The translations under genes and the position numbers were made by a program. The notes under the pieces are model-generated. The model was given only the letters and a program-made list of their open reading frames with translations, did not search any database and was not told the origin of the DNA. A stretch of 64,000 nucleotides of DNA, from contig NC_043009.1 of assembly GCF_006345805.1 (NCBI RefSeq), positions 35,650,001-35,714,000 on the forward strand, written 5' to 3'. The stretch is from Octopus sinensis. Taxonomy: Eukaryota. This document shows positions 52,174 through 64,000 of this stretch, piece after piece (the first letter of the stretch is position 1; each line of letters begins with the position of its first letter).

Positions 52174-52960
52174 ACCCTACCTCTCCAACACGCCATTCTC
52201 CAAGCCTTCCGGCGACTCCAGTCCGACCCCTCCACTTCGCACATCTTCCCTAACCGACCCATTCCCTCCTTCAAACGAGCCCACAACGTACGAGACCTCT
52301 TGGTCCACAGTTTCTTCCCTAACCCAACCTCTCAACCCAGTTCTTTCCCCTACTCCCGCACGCGCTGGTGCACTTGCCCTTACTTCTCTAACACCACTCT
52401 CCTCATAGGCACCCATCATCGACACTATCATATCACTGACTCCTTCACCTGCACTTCTAGCAACGTCATCTACTGCATCCCCTGCTCTCTCTGTCTTTCT
52501 CTATACATCGGACAAATGCTTGGCTGACCGGTTCGCGGAACACCTCCGAGACATCCGACTCGGCAACGACACACCGGTCTCGCGCCATTTCCATTCTACC
52601 GGTCATTCTTTACAACACTTGTCTGTGTTCGGATTGTCCTAGCACAGGGACCATCCAGACTCTCGTCTTCACCGTGAGCACCGATTAATCTTCTCTCTTC
52701 GCTCCTTTGCGCCACATGGACTTAACCACCTTCTCTCTTCATCTACGCCTCCTCCTCACTCCTCCTTTCTTCTCACACCTACTTCCTCCCACCCACCTCT
52801 TCTCTCTCTTGCCTTGGCACCCACTTCCTCTCTTCACTCCTACCTACCTTCTCCCTTGCACCCTCTCCCTTCATCGTCATCCACTCCCTCTTTACCCCAT
52901 CCCTACATATTCCAGCCCACCACCCCTATACATCCCAATAAACACAGTGCTTTTTGCATC
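52165..52960 (+). mobile_element. Penelope-like element C-terminal GIY-YIG remnant plus CT-rich tail
   Basis: SFKRAHNVRDLLVHS...CTCPY...FTCTSSNVIYCIPCSLCLSLYIGQ, then LADRFAEHLRDI...PVSRHF...REHRLIFSLRSFAPHGLN. Confidence 0.92.
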
Positions 52961-52974
52961 CTAAAATCTGAGGC

Positions 52975-53740
52975 CAATGGTTGAAACGACTTTGACCTTA
53001 TTTGGAGCAGGGGAGGAGGTGTTTTCCACAGCATGGATTGTCTCTTTACTTCTGGCTCAATATGAGCCAACATTCATCCTTAGTTAGGAAACGTTGAAGG
53101 AAACCTGTTAGGTCTGCATGAAGCAATCTCAGAATTTCCCGTTTGACGCTTAGACTCTTGCACTTTGATAAGGTGTCAGACGACGTGGCAGCCACCGAGC
53201 AAAACCCTTCGACATGCCAAGCTCATTTTGTAGAATATTCTAAACTCTATTAAGGATATGCTAATAGCATTGGTTATATGATTTATAGCCAATCGCCTGT
53301 CATCCATCACCATTTGGTGAGCACCAACGACGTTTTACTTCAGTGGAGGCAGTTGCAGGAAGTCTAGACCTTGGATCATCTTTGAGACTCTCCCTTCCCC
53401 TCCTAAAGTAAGCTGACCACTTTTGCAATGTTGATAAGGCTGCGGCGTCACCGCCTAATATAGTAACCATTTCAGCATTAATATCGCATAAATGTTGTTG
53501 GGAACTAAAACCCTTTCTCTGTAGGTACATGATAACACCGCGATGTCAAATTTTGTCGAGTTTTAAGAAAATTCGTTACTAGTTACATTTGAAGTTTTCT
53601 TTGAACAATCAGACACCAGTTTAACCGGAAGTAAACAATGTAGTTACTAATTAGAAGAGTTGAAATTAATGCATCCAAGCTTTCACAGCTCTAGCGTATT
53701 TCCTTCATAGTCAGCCTATGAACATTTCAGCCCAGCCTCG
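52975..53740 (-). mobile_element. Mariner element, 5' TIR plus truncated transposase
   Basis: TA|CGAGGCTGGGCTGAAATGTTCATAGGCTGAC TIR; ALSTLQKWSAYFRRGRESLKDDPRS, RWLPRRLTP and RFLTKDECW (first catalytic D), across frameshifts. Confidence 0.88.
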
Positions 53741-54527
53741 TATATATTATCATGTAAAGTTTGATGTAATCTTACAGTTTTGCTATAGAAACGATAAAGC
53801 TGACCGTTTACAAACATTTTGTTTGTAATCAGATTAGTTCAGCTTTAATTTCTACTAAATTCTCTGTGAATTACTGCTTATCTCTGTTCATCCTTTGCAC
53901 TGCTCAGTTGTTTTAACCTCTGATAATCTCTGCTTATTTCTAATAATCGATACAATACACACGAAATAAATTTAATGGTTACCCACCTTAGCAGATCCCA
54001 ATTTTAGGCGCTAAGTATACATTCCCACAGGAAAAGTGGAGCTTCCCACTTCTGGAACTTACGCTCCATTTACAAATGACGAAGCTCAACACTACAAATT
54101 ATTTAATTTAGAGGTCCATATTTTCATATGTTCATATGTACACATTAAAAAAATATTAAATATGCAATATTTGATACAATTTAACAAGAGACTATAAAAT
54201 CTTTCTCGGTTTTATTTTATCAACTTCAGAATGAAGAAAGGTAAAGATATATTCTGGGCAGATTTGACCTCGGTCGTCAAATAACAAAATTAAATACCAT
54301 ACATAATTTAGTTTAGAGATCTCTGATTTCCCAAAAAATTTGGCATTGCAATTAGTGAAAAATGCTGATAATTTCAAAAACTATCCTTAGAAACATAATC
54401 TGAATGTAATTAATTGAAAATTGAAGTTATATCAGGAACCAAACTAGAACTAAATCACCAGCAGGTTTTCTATCTGACTAAGTAAATAATTAACGATGAA
54501 AATACTTCATGAAAGTATGCTTATATA

Positions 54528-54555
54528 TATATATATATAATATATATATATATTA

Positions 54556-54639
<84 letters not shown>

Positions 54640-54711
54640 TTATATTTATATATTTATATATATATATACATGCATACATATACAGATATATACATATACA
54701 TTTATATATGC

Positions 54712-54800
<89 letters not shown>
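54528..54800 (+). repeat. (TA)n compound microsatellite
   Basis: Directly visible. Confidence 0.98.
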
Positions 54801-54801
<1 letters not shown>

Positions 54802-54929
54802 GTATGTAAACACACACACACATACATATATACATTGCGAGAGATAGATAGAGAGAGAGAGAGAGAAAAAGAGAGGGAGATGGAGATATACCAAGAGAGA
54901 AAGTGAGGGTATGAGTGTTACGTATACGT

Positions 54930-55010
54930 TACGTGTATGCGCGCGCCGGAAGTATTTTGTGCACAGACGTGTAAATTTCAGTGCGTGATTGGTTATATGC
55001 GCGAGGATAT
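54930..55010 (+). promoter_or_regulatory. Candidate promoter (ETS CCGGAAGT, inverted CCAAT, CpG cluster)
   Basis: gcgcgcgCCGGAAGT and tgATTGGtt in a locally CpG-rich patch; GGATGGCGGA (YY1-like ATG context) at 55207. Confidence 0.3.
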
Positions 55011-55504
55011 GTATATAACCATGGGAAAGGGCATTCGGTTTTCATATGAAGCAGATCGAAAGCAAAACTAAAAAAAAAAGCCTAATAGCGATGTAGGAAG
55101 AGCAAAAACAACTGCAAGAACGACAATAACAATTACTAAGGTATCAACTGTAACACTGAAAGAATTGATAAACCCATCAATACAGCTGTGGGTGGTAAAC
55201 AAACGAGGATGGCGGAGACGTGTGAGAGGAAATGTAATACTGGGCGTGCAGTGAATAATAGTGAAAGTAATTGGCAGTTACAACAAAACGGTAGAAGTAG
55301 TTGTTGTAGTAGGTATTTGTGTATGTGTGTATGTGTGTGTGTTTGGTGTGTGTGTGGTGTGTGTGGTGTGTGTGAGTGTGTGTGTGTGAGAAAATCTTGC
55401 ACTACGGCTGCAAAACTTTGTTTCGTTTTTTGGTTTGTCAGCAAATTTTTGTTCGAGCATTGTTGTTGTTCGTGGTAGTGGGTAGGGAGGGGGGGTTGTA
55501 ATTT

Positions 55505-55760
55505 TTGGTGATGGTGGCAGCAGTGGTGGTGGCGGTGGTGGTGGCAGCGGTGGTGTTGGTGGTGGTGGCAGCGGTGGTGTTGGTGGTGGTGGCAGCGGTG
55601 GGGGCGTGTCGTTGGGGGTGGGGGGGGGCGGTGGTGGTGGTGGTGACGGTGGTGGTGGCGGTAGTGGTGGTGGCGGCGACGGTGATGGTGGTGGTGGTGG
55701 CGGTGGTGTTGGTGGTGACGGTGGTGGTGGTGGTGGTGGTGGTGGTGGTGGTGGTGGTAG
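55505..55760 (+). repeat. (GGT)n-rich low-complexity tract
   Basis: Directly visible; G-rich. Confidence 0.95.
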
Positions 55761-56440
55761 TTTACATAAGTGATCTTGTTTCTGTTGTTATTGGTAACGG
55801 TAATCGTTGTGCTAATGATATTCGTGCTCTCGCAGTTTTTTTTTTTTTTCTTAGTTTCTATTTTGGCTTCAGATTTTATTCTGCTATTTTTTTTTTTTTG
55901 TCCATTATATTTATGCACAATTGGTTTACATGATGAAATGAAAATTTGCATTTTAGATTATTTACAAGTATACAAGTTTCTTTTTCACATAAGAAAAACT
56001 GAAAATAAAATGTATGTGTGATATTCATGCCATTTCCATTGGTATTATCGTCCAAAGCCTTAGCCAAAAACATATATATGTTAACACACGTAATAAAGCA
56101 CATATATACGTACATATATGCATATTTTGTACATATGTTATATCTATCTATATGTCCGCACGTGTGTGTGTGTATTTGTAAATAGTAAGGGATTACTCAT
56201 AATGTTTACCGGTTTCCTCTCAGTTAGGTATTCAAATCGAAGGATATTAATAAAGAATCTGAATAAACTGCACCCGTCTTATTGTAGGACTGCAATTGCA
56301 ACGGTGTAGTTGAAACATGTGTTAGGTGGATGTAAAGCTGTATATATAAAAAGAATTAAAGCTAATGCTATTACAACTTCGTTATAATCCTTATCATTAT
56401 TATTATTGTTAATATATATGTGTGTGTGTGTATGTTATAC

Positions 56441-56588
56441 ATTTCTTTATTGCCCACAAGGGGCTAAACATAGAGGAGACAAACAAAGGGATTAAGTCAA
56501 CTACATCGACCCCAGTGAGTAACTGGTACTTTATTTATCGACCCCGAAAGGATGAAAGGCAAAGTCGACCCTCGGCGGAATTTGAACT
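56441..56588 (-). mobile_element. 5'-truncated SINE family B with about 20-bp target-site duplication
   Basis: tgtgtgtgtatgttatacat at 56423-56442 and 56588-56607. Confidence 0.85.
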
Positions 56589-58960
56589 GTGTGTGTATGT
56601 TATACATGCCTGCATAAATACGTACATAAAGATATATATATATATACATACATACATGCATGCATACATACATACATACATACATACATACATACATACA
56701 TACACACATGCATACATACTTACATACATACATAGATACACACGTACATACATACATACATACATACATACATACATACATACATACATACACACATACA
56801 TATTTACACATGTTTATACGTAGATGCATAAATCAGTGTGTTTGTATACTTGTATAATAATTCAGGAAAATATTTTATGCACGAAAATTGTTGGACAGCA
56901 CATTGTTGACATTTATGTTTTTATCGAAACAAATTCCTTTTTTTTTCTTCTTCACAATATGGTGTCGGTAATTAAATGTCTTTTATACATCATATGCGTT
57001 GAACGAGTGCGTGCGCACGTAAGTACATGCACGTTAGCACACAGAGTTTGTCTAGCTTTTGTTTGTATTTTGTTATTTCACTTAGACATACATTTTATTT
57101 CAAAAAAAGAAACTGACATATTATATATGAAACCTCATGAAAAGCTCACTTGAATTTAACGAGACGTTGAGATTTAACGTGGGAATTTATTGTCAATATC
57201 ATATGCTCATAAATTAAATCATAAATACACTTACCTTGATATGTAAGTAGAAAAACGTAACAAAATAACTTTACACGGCATATCAAATATATATTATTTA
57301 GATATTTCAAGCAGATTAATATAGGTCTAGCAGTGTAGTCATGTATTAGTAAGATATTTCAAGCAAACTAATATAGGTCTGTGACAAATACCAATGATTG
57401 ATAGAAGTCATCCAGAATAAAAATTACAATGATTTTTTTTTTCAATTTTAAATTGTATGAGAATAATTTGGAAGATGGTAAGGATTCTAGAGGATTTAAG
57501 ATATTTATTTCCCACGCATATTACTTATATATATAACAATTGGAGTTATTAATGTCAACGTCATACTTTCTTTGCAGTCACTTCTCTTGCTAGCAATACA
57601 AACCAAATTTCACCCAAATCAAATCCTTGCGTTTAAAAAAAGGTAAATCACATTGGAAGTAAAACATAAAATATGTAAAACGATGGTGTTGTCAACATTG
57701 CGTAATGTCAGCTAAACAAGTGAGAAAATTCTGAGTTTAAACAAAAAAATTTTACTCGAGAAATTATTGCTCAACTTCAACGTGCACACCAACTCTAGGA
57801 TTAATTGTTTCTATAATTAACCCCAATAAAAATAAATTATCGGAATATAGAAAAATGATTTATTGTTATTTTACAACATGCATATATTCGCATATGGATG
57901 CACGTATGCACATATGCTTGCATGTTTGTATGCGAGTTTAAAGCATATTTTTATGCGTGTTTATATGTTTGTATACTTGCTTGCATGTGCATGTGTGAGT
58001 GGGTATGTTTCATGCAATACTATAACTCAAATGATAATAGATTATGATTCAGGTCAGGTTTTCCATTTTATCATTAGCTCTCGTTAGAACCCAGTGTATA
58101 AAGAACGAAGGTCTGTTGATAATAAATGTTTTAGTGTTACAGAATGATGACTCCATATAGTGTTTCATTTCTTTTTTTTTAATTCAAATCTTCTGAAGGT
58201 TGCATAAGTTTAAGACAAATATTTAAAACGTGTCAATATGATTAAATATAGTGAAGAAAAAACCGTAACAGAAAAGACATATATTACCAAAGGATGTTAA
58301 CAATCTAGATTAATAATTAGCATTTTCTAGGATGGAAACTGAAACAGCTCACTTGATGCCAGCGCTCTCCACTTCCGCATTCTCCTTGATATATTTTCCT
58401 TCTTTGCTCTTCGCTAAATCAAATTGAAGATAACTATTAATGTTTATTTAACAGATGCTAGAAATATATTTTCCTTACCCTATAACACAGCTGGTCGTTT
58501 TTATGGTATTGGCAAACTGTCGTTTATATAGCATACAAAGATGATCATCTCGAAACAAATACTGCACCATTTTAGCAAATATAGTTCCAATTGAATATAT
58601 TTAATAATATCTAGAGAGATTTAAACTTCTTTATTTTTTCTCATTATTTGCAGTAAAGCCAAGATACAATATAAAGCAAACCTTTGATCTATTCAAGAAC
58701 AGATAAGGAAAACAAAGTTTTGGTCTTCATCTGACTATTTATTTTCTTCTTCCAGTTTTGAGCTGTAAACTTTTCATTATACCATGACATACAGTTGGGA
58801 AATATGTTTTGATCGCCTCTAAAAAAGTAAAAGAAAGAAGTTTATTACAAAACTCAAGTATCTTTAACTCCAAATCTACTACATATAAATATAATATAAT
58901 ATAATGTTATATATATGTGTGTGTGTGTGTGTATGTATACATACATATTCTTTTATTTAT

Positions 58961-59336
58961 TATTCTTTTACTTGTTTCAATAGTCTGACTGCAGACATGC
59001 TGGAGCACCGAATTTAGTCGAACAAATCGACCCCCACCACTTATTCTTTGTACGCATAGTATTCTATCGGCCTATTTTGCCGAACCGCTAAGTTACGGAG
59101 ATGTAAACAAACCAACATCGTTCGTCAACTGATGACAACCGGTGGGGACAAACGCAGACACACAAATACATACATACGAGCTTCTTATAGTTTCCGTCTA
59201 CCAAATCCACTCACAAGGCTTTAGTCGACCCAAGACTATAGTAGAAGACACTTGCCCATAGTGCTACGCAATGGGGCTGAACCCAGAACCATGTGGCTGG
59301 GAAGCAAGCTTCATACCACACAGACACCCCTGCGCC
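58961..59336 (-). mobile_element. SINE family A, full length
   Basis: Reverse complement of the family A consensus. Confidence 0.85.
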
Positions 59337-59380
<44 letters not shown>

Positions 59381-59561
59381 GTGTTCTCTGTGGATCCGTT
59401 GTGGGTGAGCATGTGAGAATGTATATGAATTTGGAATATTTATCGAAGGCCTCAAAACAATAATGATTGTGAAATGCGCGCAGGAACTTTACAATATGTG
59501 TGTGTATGTGTATGTCCGCGCGTGTGTGCTCGTGCCTCTCTCTATATACGTGTATATATAC

Positions 59562-59638
<77 letters not shown>

Positions 59639-59640
59639 CA

Positions 59641-61015
59641 TATAAATGGATGTGTATTACAATTAACACGGAAAATATAAATAAACAGGTACCAGGGCAA
59701 CAAAAATCCCACAAGTAATAAGAACGTAACACCCTGTTTGTAAAGGTAGAAACTCCGGGTTGATGTGAAATGTTGTGTATAATATATAGGCTGCTTTTAT
59801 GTTATATCTTCTAACGGTTTTTAAATAAAACTTAATGGCGTTCCGTTCACCATTATACACATCCATCACATTCTGTTGAAATGTCTTATTGATGAGTTTG
59901 GTTTCTTTCTTTCTTTCCCTGATGAGAAGATTACATTGTTTTACACCATTTTATTCCTTTGGAATAATACCAATGTTGTCTTCGAAACATATGTCGGAAG
60001 TAAAAGATTTTGAATAACACCTGCGTTTAACTCCATTTATTTATTTATATATATTATACAAAACATTTCACATCAACCCGGAGTTTCTACTTTTATAAAC
60101 AGGGTGTAACGTTCTTATTACTCGTGAGATTTTTACTGCCATAGAAACTACTTATTGTTTCCCCGTGTTAATTGTAAACAAGGGAAAAATACACACATCC
60201 ATTTATATATACTTCAACCAGGTTTCCATATAACCTGCTAATAAAATAGTTACTGCATATGGAGTTATTTAATATAAACGCATCTCTTATGGATATACAC
60301 ATTCCCCCAGAGAATGCTTTCCTTAAGCAACTCGTTAATAAGACAAATTCCTTTATTAACCGTATCAGATGGCTCTCTTTTTTCTATCATAAAATTTAAT
60401 AACAAGCTGTGGATCCGTAAAGATACACCCGAAGTTTTTGATGTCACGATGGGAAGTTCCTATTCAACACAAATAGCTGATTTGGTCGGTATTTATAATT
60501 AATGATATGGCAGGCCAATTCCCAAGCATCAATGGAGGTCTATATCGTAATGATTGCTTACTCTACCTTCAGAATGTTTCAAACCAATATGTACAAAGGG
60601 TTAAGAATAGTTCAGTTAAGTTTTTCCGTAGAATGGACTTAGGCATCGTGTTTAATGATGATATAACGAAAGCCAACATTTTAGATATTACACTTAGCTT
60701 ACACAGTAATTCGTACTTCCTATATCACAAACCATCAACTAAATTTAAGTATATTAGCCAATTCAGTAATCATTCTAGGGCAATCAATAAGAATTTAGTT
60801 TAAAATATTTCATTTAGATTAGTCATCTGCTAATGTTGACATTTTCTACGACAAGGCTGCATTTTATAACTCTGCCTTACTTAAAGCAGGCTATATAGAG
60901 AAAGTTACCTACGTTAATTCTCTTCAATCGTATTCTACCTTTAGTAATGAAGACATGAAATGGAATAATACCAATGATGTCTTCCAAACCTGCGTTTAAC
61001 TCCTTTTATTTATTT
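59641..61015 (+). mobile_element. Penelope-like element: inverted repeats, hammerhead, RT remnant and partial direct pLTR
   Basis: Inverted repeat 59641-59785 versus 60050-60210. RT peptide LWIRKDTPEVFDVTMGS..ADLVGIY / GGLYRNDCL...ILDITLSL...YHKP...SNH. Direct repeat of 59961-60045 at 60961-61015. Confidence 0.88.
59914..60000 (+). ncRNA. Type I hammerhead ribozyme
   Basis: TTTCC-CTGATGA; stem II GAAGA.ACATTG / CAATGT.TCTTC with an inner TATTCC/GGAATA hairpin; GAAA; palindrome ACATATGT; GUC triplet (cleavage after 59995); GGAAG closes stem I. Confidence 0.88.
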
Positions 61016-61055
61016 TATACATTAGCATATATATATGTATATATATATATATATA

Positions 61056-61438
61056 CTAGCAGTATCGCCCGGCGTTGCTCGGGTTTGTTAGGGAAATAAC
61101 TATATAAGCATTTTTAGAGAGTTATAGCCAAAAGATAGCAAAAAAATGATTAAAAAATGATGGTAAATTTTTTTTTAAATCGTTGACTCATCGTAGACAT
61201 TTTTAGAGAGTTACTTCCCTTATATAATAGCGTAAAATGCATTAAAATGGGAAAAAATGATAGTAATTTTTTTTAATCGTAGACTCATCGTAGACGCGCG
61301 CTTATACTCAGAAGGGCTCGATATGAATCACGACTATAAGATACTCGGTTTTGGTTAAACTGCACCGCAAAATGTGGGAGTAGTTAGGAATCTAAATCGT
61401 AGGAGACAGACACACAACTTCACTTTTATATATAAAGA
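61056..61438 (-). mobile_element. Non-autonomous Helitron, copy 1
   Basis: Minus strand A|TC...CCCGAGCAACGCCGGG hairpin...CTAG|T. Confidence 0.85.
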
Positions 61439-61577
61439 TATATATATATATGATTTAAAATAATAATGGTGAAAAAATTGAATATTAGTTTCATTAATAT
61501 CAATTTAAAACTAGTGATCTAGCATATTGAAAAATCTGAAGTTTCAGAAAAAATTCTATTACATACATATTCAAGGT

Positions 61578-61909
61578 ATGACCTGTAAGTGGACTTCCAT
61601 TGTGCTAGAAGAAGATCCGCTTATGGTCTTAACACTAAGAGAGGAATGTTCTCAAGAAAAGTTTGCCAACGCCAGAACGTAATCGAGCAAGACAAATGAA
61701 AAGATACAAAATATAGATTAATCACAAACCAGGTTTCGTTGTTAATGCTTACGTAATCATTTACGTAATCATCCGAAAACTCGACAGTGTAATCGTCTTA
61801 GCAACTAAAATCTGCAAAGCTATATACGAGACGTCCGCATGAGATTGAACATGTATAGAGTAAGAACATAGCGGATCTTCTTCTAGCATAATGTCCACTT
61901 ACAGGTCAT
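61578..61909. mobile_element. MITE with about 50-bp TIRs
   Basis: atgacctgtaagtggac..tgctagaagaagatccgct at the left end; reverse complement at the right end. Confidence 0.85.
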
Positions 61910-61916
61910 CTCTTTT

Positions 61917-62193
<277 letters not shown>

Positions 62194-62244
62194 TGATTGA
62201 TTCTAGTTTCAGCTTATGAGCTGTGGCCATGCTGGGGCACCGCC

Positions 62245-62278
<34 letters not shown>

Positions 62279-62415
62279 CCGAAATTGCGAGGATGATCCG
62301 GTTCTTGACTGAAGATTAGAGGCTTCGAATGACCCGTCCGTTTTTTGTGTCGTCTATTTGAATGTTTTGCGTTCTTATCCCATTTTGTATTTTTATATAT
62401 CTTTTTATATGTATA

Positions 62416-62814
62416 CTAGCAGTATCGCCCGGCGTCGCTCGGGTTTGTAAGAGAAATAACTATATAAGCATTTTTAGAGAGTTATAGCCAAAAGATAGCA
62501 AAACAATGCATTAAAAATGGAAAAAAAATTATGGTAAATTTTTTTTTAAATCGTTGACTCATCATAGACATTTTTAGAGAGTTACTTCCCTTATATAATA
62601 GCGAAAAAAATGCATTAAAATGGAAAATAATGATGGTAAATTATTTTTAAAATCGTAGACTCATCGTAGACGCGCGTTAATACACAGAAGGGCTTGATAT
62701 GAATCACGACTATAAGATACCCGGTTTTGGTTAAACTGCACCGCAAAATGTGGGAGTAGTTAGGAATCTAAATCGTAGGAGACAGACACACAACTTCACT
62801 TTTATATATAAATA
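62416..62814 (-). mobile_element. Non-autonomous Helitron, copy 2
   Basis: Highly similar to 61056-61438. Confidence 0.85.
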
Positions 62815-62859
62815 TTTCGTTTTGTTATTTGGGTTGCATGATTCTTTGTGTGAGTTCGT

Positions 62860-63042
62860 GTGTCTGGGGAGAGTCGTTCTCTTTTGGTACCTTATAATTT
62901 AACACACTGACCGGTAAAATTTCCACTTATTTCTTTTATATTTGCAAGACGCAACGAAAATTTTAGAAAAAAGAAGTGGAAATTTTACCGGTGAGTGTGT
63001 CAAACTATAAGACACCAAAAGAGAATGACTCTTCCCAGACAC
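62860..63042. mobile_element. Foldback element with about 68-bp arms and about 45-nt spacer
   Basis: gtgtctggggagagtcgttctcttttgg...ccggtaaaatttccactt is the reverse complement of 62975-63042, with about 8 mismatches. Confidence 0.85.
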
Positions 63043-63047
63043 AACAG

Positions 63048-63079
<32 letters not shown>

Positions 63080-63189
63080 TATAATGGTTTCTACAAACTT
63101 TAAAAGAATTGCTTTACGGTTCATTGAAAACTATTAGTCACGTGCATTTTCTTTCGCAATCACTGGTGTGGTAATAAGCTTGTCTACTC

Positions 63190-63345
63190 TAGGTACAAGG
63201 CCAACATTTTTGGTGAGTGGGCCAGTCGATCAGATCGACCCCAGTATGAAACTGGTACTTAATTTATTGACCCCGAAAGGATGAATGCCAAAGTCGACCT
63301 CAGCGAAATTTCAACTCACAACAACTTAATGGCAGACGAAATCCC
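63190..63345 (-). mobile_element. SINE family B, partial
   Basis: atcgaccccag...ttgaccccgaaaggatgaatgccaaagtcgacc. Confidence 0.75.
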
Positions 63346-64000
63346 GCTAAGCATTCTGGATATTGAAAAGTTTCATTAAACGCATGCTTTGAGTAAAGGA
63401 CGTGGTACAACACTGGATTACCTTCAAAATGTCAGGAAGTAGCAGTTCCACTTTAGCCACTTTCCCAACTAATAATATATAAAAGTTGTAGCCAAGATTT
63501 TGTGAGCTGTATGATACATGCGCACGCATCTTTCTCTAAAGCCTCTAGTTGACCAATAGCTTGTGAGTGAAATTTCGTAAGCATAAACAGTGGGTAGTGC
63601 GCGCACACGAGCGCACATGCACGTGTGAAGAGCAGCGGAACCACTGTCACATGTCAACTATAATTACAGAGTCCAAGTTAAAGATACAGTAGATAAAACT
63701 TTTAATTTCATTTGGTCAACAGTATTTTATTATCGATCTATTATTCACAAAGCACAGTTTTTTGTTCGATCTGAGACGGCCAAACAGAACTTATATCAAT
63801 GGTCATTTACATTAACAGGAATACTTAAAATCTCAGCTGTCATTCTTAATCAGGGCAAATTGATGTGACCTGACTTGGAGCCATAAAACAAAAAAGAAAT
63901 ATGATGATGTCTTCTCTTCCCAACTATGGAATCACTTATCGAGCTGCCAGTACACTGCTCTGGGCTGTATTTGCTCTTTACGGAAGACAATACATGTGAA

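Noticed and set aside
62300-62345. CTGAAGA...CGAAT as a hammerhead
   Set aside because: GAAA is absent and the stems cannot be closed.

Overview
AT-rich animal DNA, densely packed with microsatellites and transposable elements. The repeat inventory points to a coleoid cephalopod, probably Octopus (inference from tRNA-headed SINE families, R4/Dong, RTE and CR1/L2 LINEs, Penelope-like elements, mariner, Helitron and very long TA/TATG/TTA arrays). No intact host protein-coding gene is recognisable; most ORF-track entries are microsatellite or antisense artefacts. Best-supported content: four to five decayed restriction-endonuclease (R4/Dong-type) LINEs, all on the minus strand, including a near-full-length copy at 21.9-25.9 kb; an RTE fragment with an internal inversion; three Penelope coding remnants; two mariner remnants; several MITEs; two Helitrons; many SINE copies; and a 1.24-kb near-identical tandem duplication. 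Most interesting observations: (1) type I hammerhead ribozymes with palindromic stem III at about 27.2, 51.4/51.9 and 59.9 kb, one pair in a retrozyme-like 487-nt tandem; (2) paralogous empty and filled sites showing a Dong LINE inserted into a (TAA)n tract; (3) a duplicated candidate exon within that paralogous unit; (4) an 83-nt symmetric hairpin; (5) scattered low-confidence plus-strand exon candidates, two with a single in-frame TAA. All structures were read by eye and nothing was computed or searched.
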